DNA from: Geopsychrobacteraceae bacterium
GTDB taxonomy: Bacteria > Desulfobacterota > Desulfuromonadia > Desulfuromonadales > Geopsychrobacteraceae
DNA: 64,000 nucleotides
Assembly (NCBI GenBank): GCA_963676795.2
Contig: CAXXTB010000002.1
Span: 2,240,001-2,304,000, forward strand
Reading direction: 5' to 3'
Shown here: positions 63,899 to 64,000 of the stretch, piece after piece
How positions within the stretch are numbered: position 1 is the first letter of the stretch
How the letters are laid out: each line of letters opens with the position of its first letter
Made by a program: the position numbers and the translations under genes
The notes under the pieces: model-generated
Database searches by the model: none
What the model saw: the letters and a program-made list of their open reading frames with translations, nothing else
What the model was told of the DNA's origin: nothing

Positions 63899-64000
63899 AT
63901 GAGCTTTCAGACATACTTCAAACCGACTCAAAAGCTGTTGCTGCAGATTCAGGAATCGGACCAGTCCCAGTCTCGAACGGAATTACTGACTGTCTATATT
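63899..64000 (+). CDS. Possible start of a divergent CDS truncated by the window edge
   Basis: ATG at 63899 stays open to the end (MSFQTYFKPTQKLLLQIQESDQ...); only 34 codons are visible. Confidence 0.4.
   Translation, partial: MSFQTYFKPTQKLLLQIQESDQSQSRTELLTVYI

Overview
Core-chromosome window, most likely from a Desulfuromonadales (Desulfuromonadia) bacterium. This placement is inferred from the thiC-thiE/D-alr-purH-purD-purE-small multiheme cytochrome order, the ffh-rpsP-khpA-rimM-trmD-rplS-rnhB-yraN-nadE-rsmI order and the protein sequences. Left to right: the 5' part of an alternate N-type F1Fo ATPase operon (atpD-C-Q-B-E-F, no atpR, cut by the window edge); ispE-tRNA-Gln-prs-rplY-pth-hppA-ychF; a dcw cluster from mraZ to ftsZ that lacks murB; a CNNM/CorC gene, ligA-acyP, a potFGHI-type polyamine ABC transporter, a TIGR03790-like gene and a zinc-finger-less dksA; the ffh-rsmI run; dciA, a tRNA methyltransferase, a very compact four-heme cytochrome c, purE/D/H, alr, thiE-thiD, thiC, speD, fba, a long-form gap, a NERD-like gene with substituted catalytic residues, a sigma54-type DASS transporter, rpsU and a THUMP methyltransferase. 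I see no transposase, integrase, prophage or CRISPR array. The best candidates for something new are: (i) a structured tRNA-linked repeat between tRNA-Gln and prs with GGA-loop hairpins resembling CsrA sites; (ii) a PpcA-position cytochrome with four rather than three heme motifs; (iii) an N-ATPase whose c subunit lacks part of the Na+ site, near a probable Na+-pumping pyrophosphatase; (iv) variant MraZ boxes; (v) the probably inactive NERD protein. All family calls come from reading motifs by eye; no database search was run.
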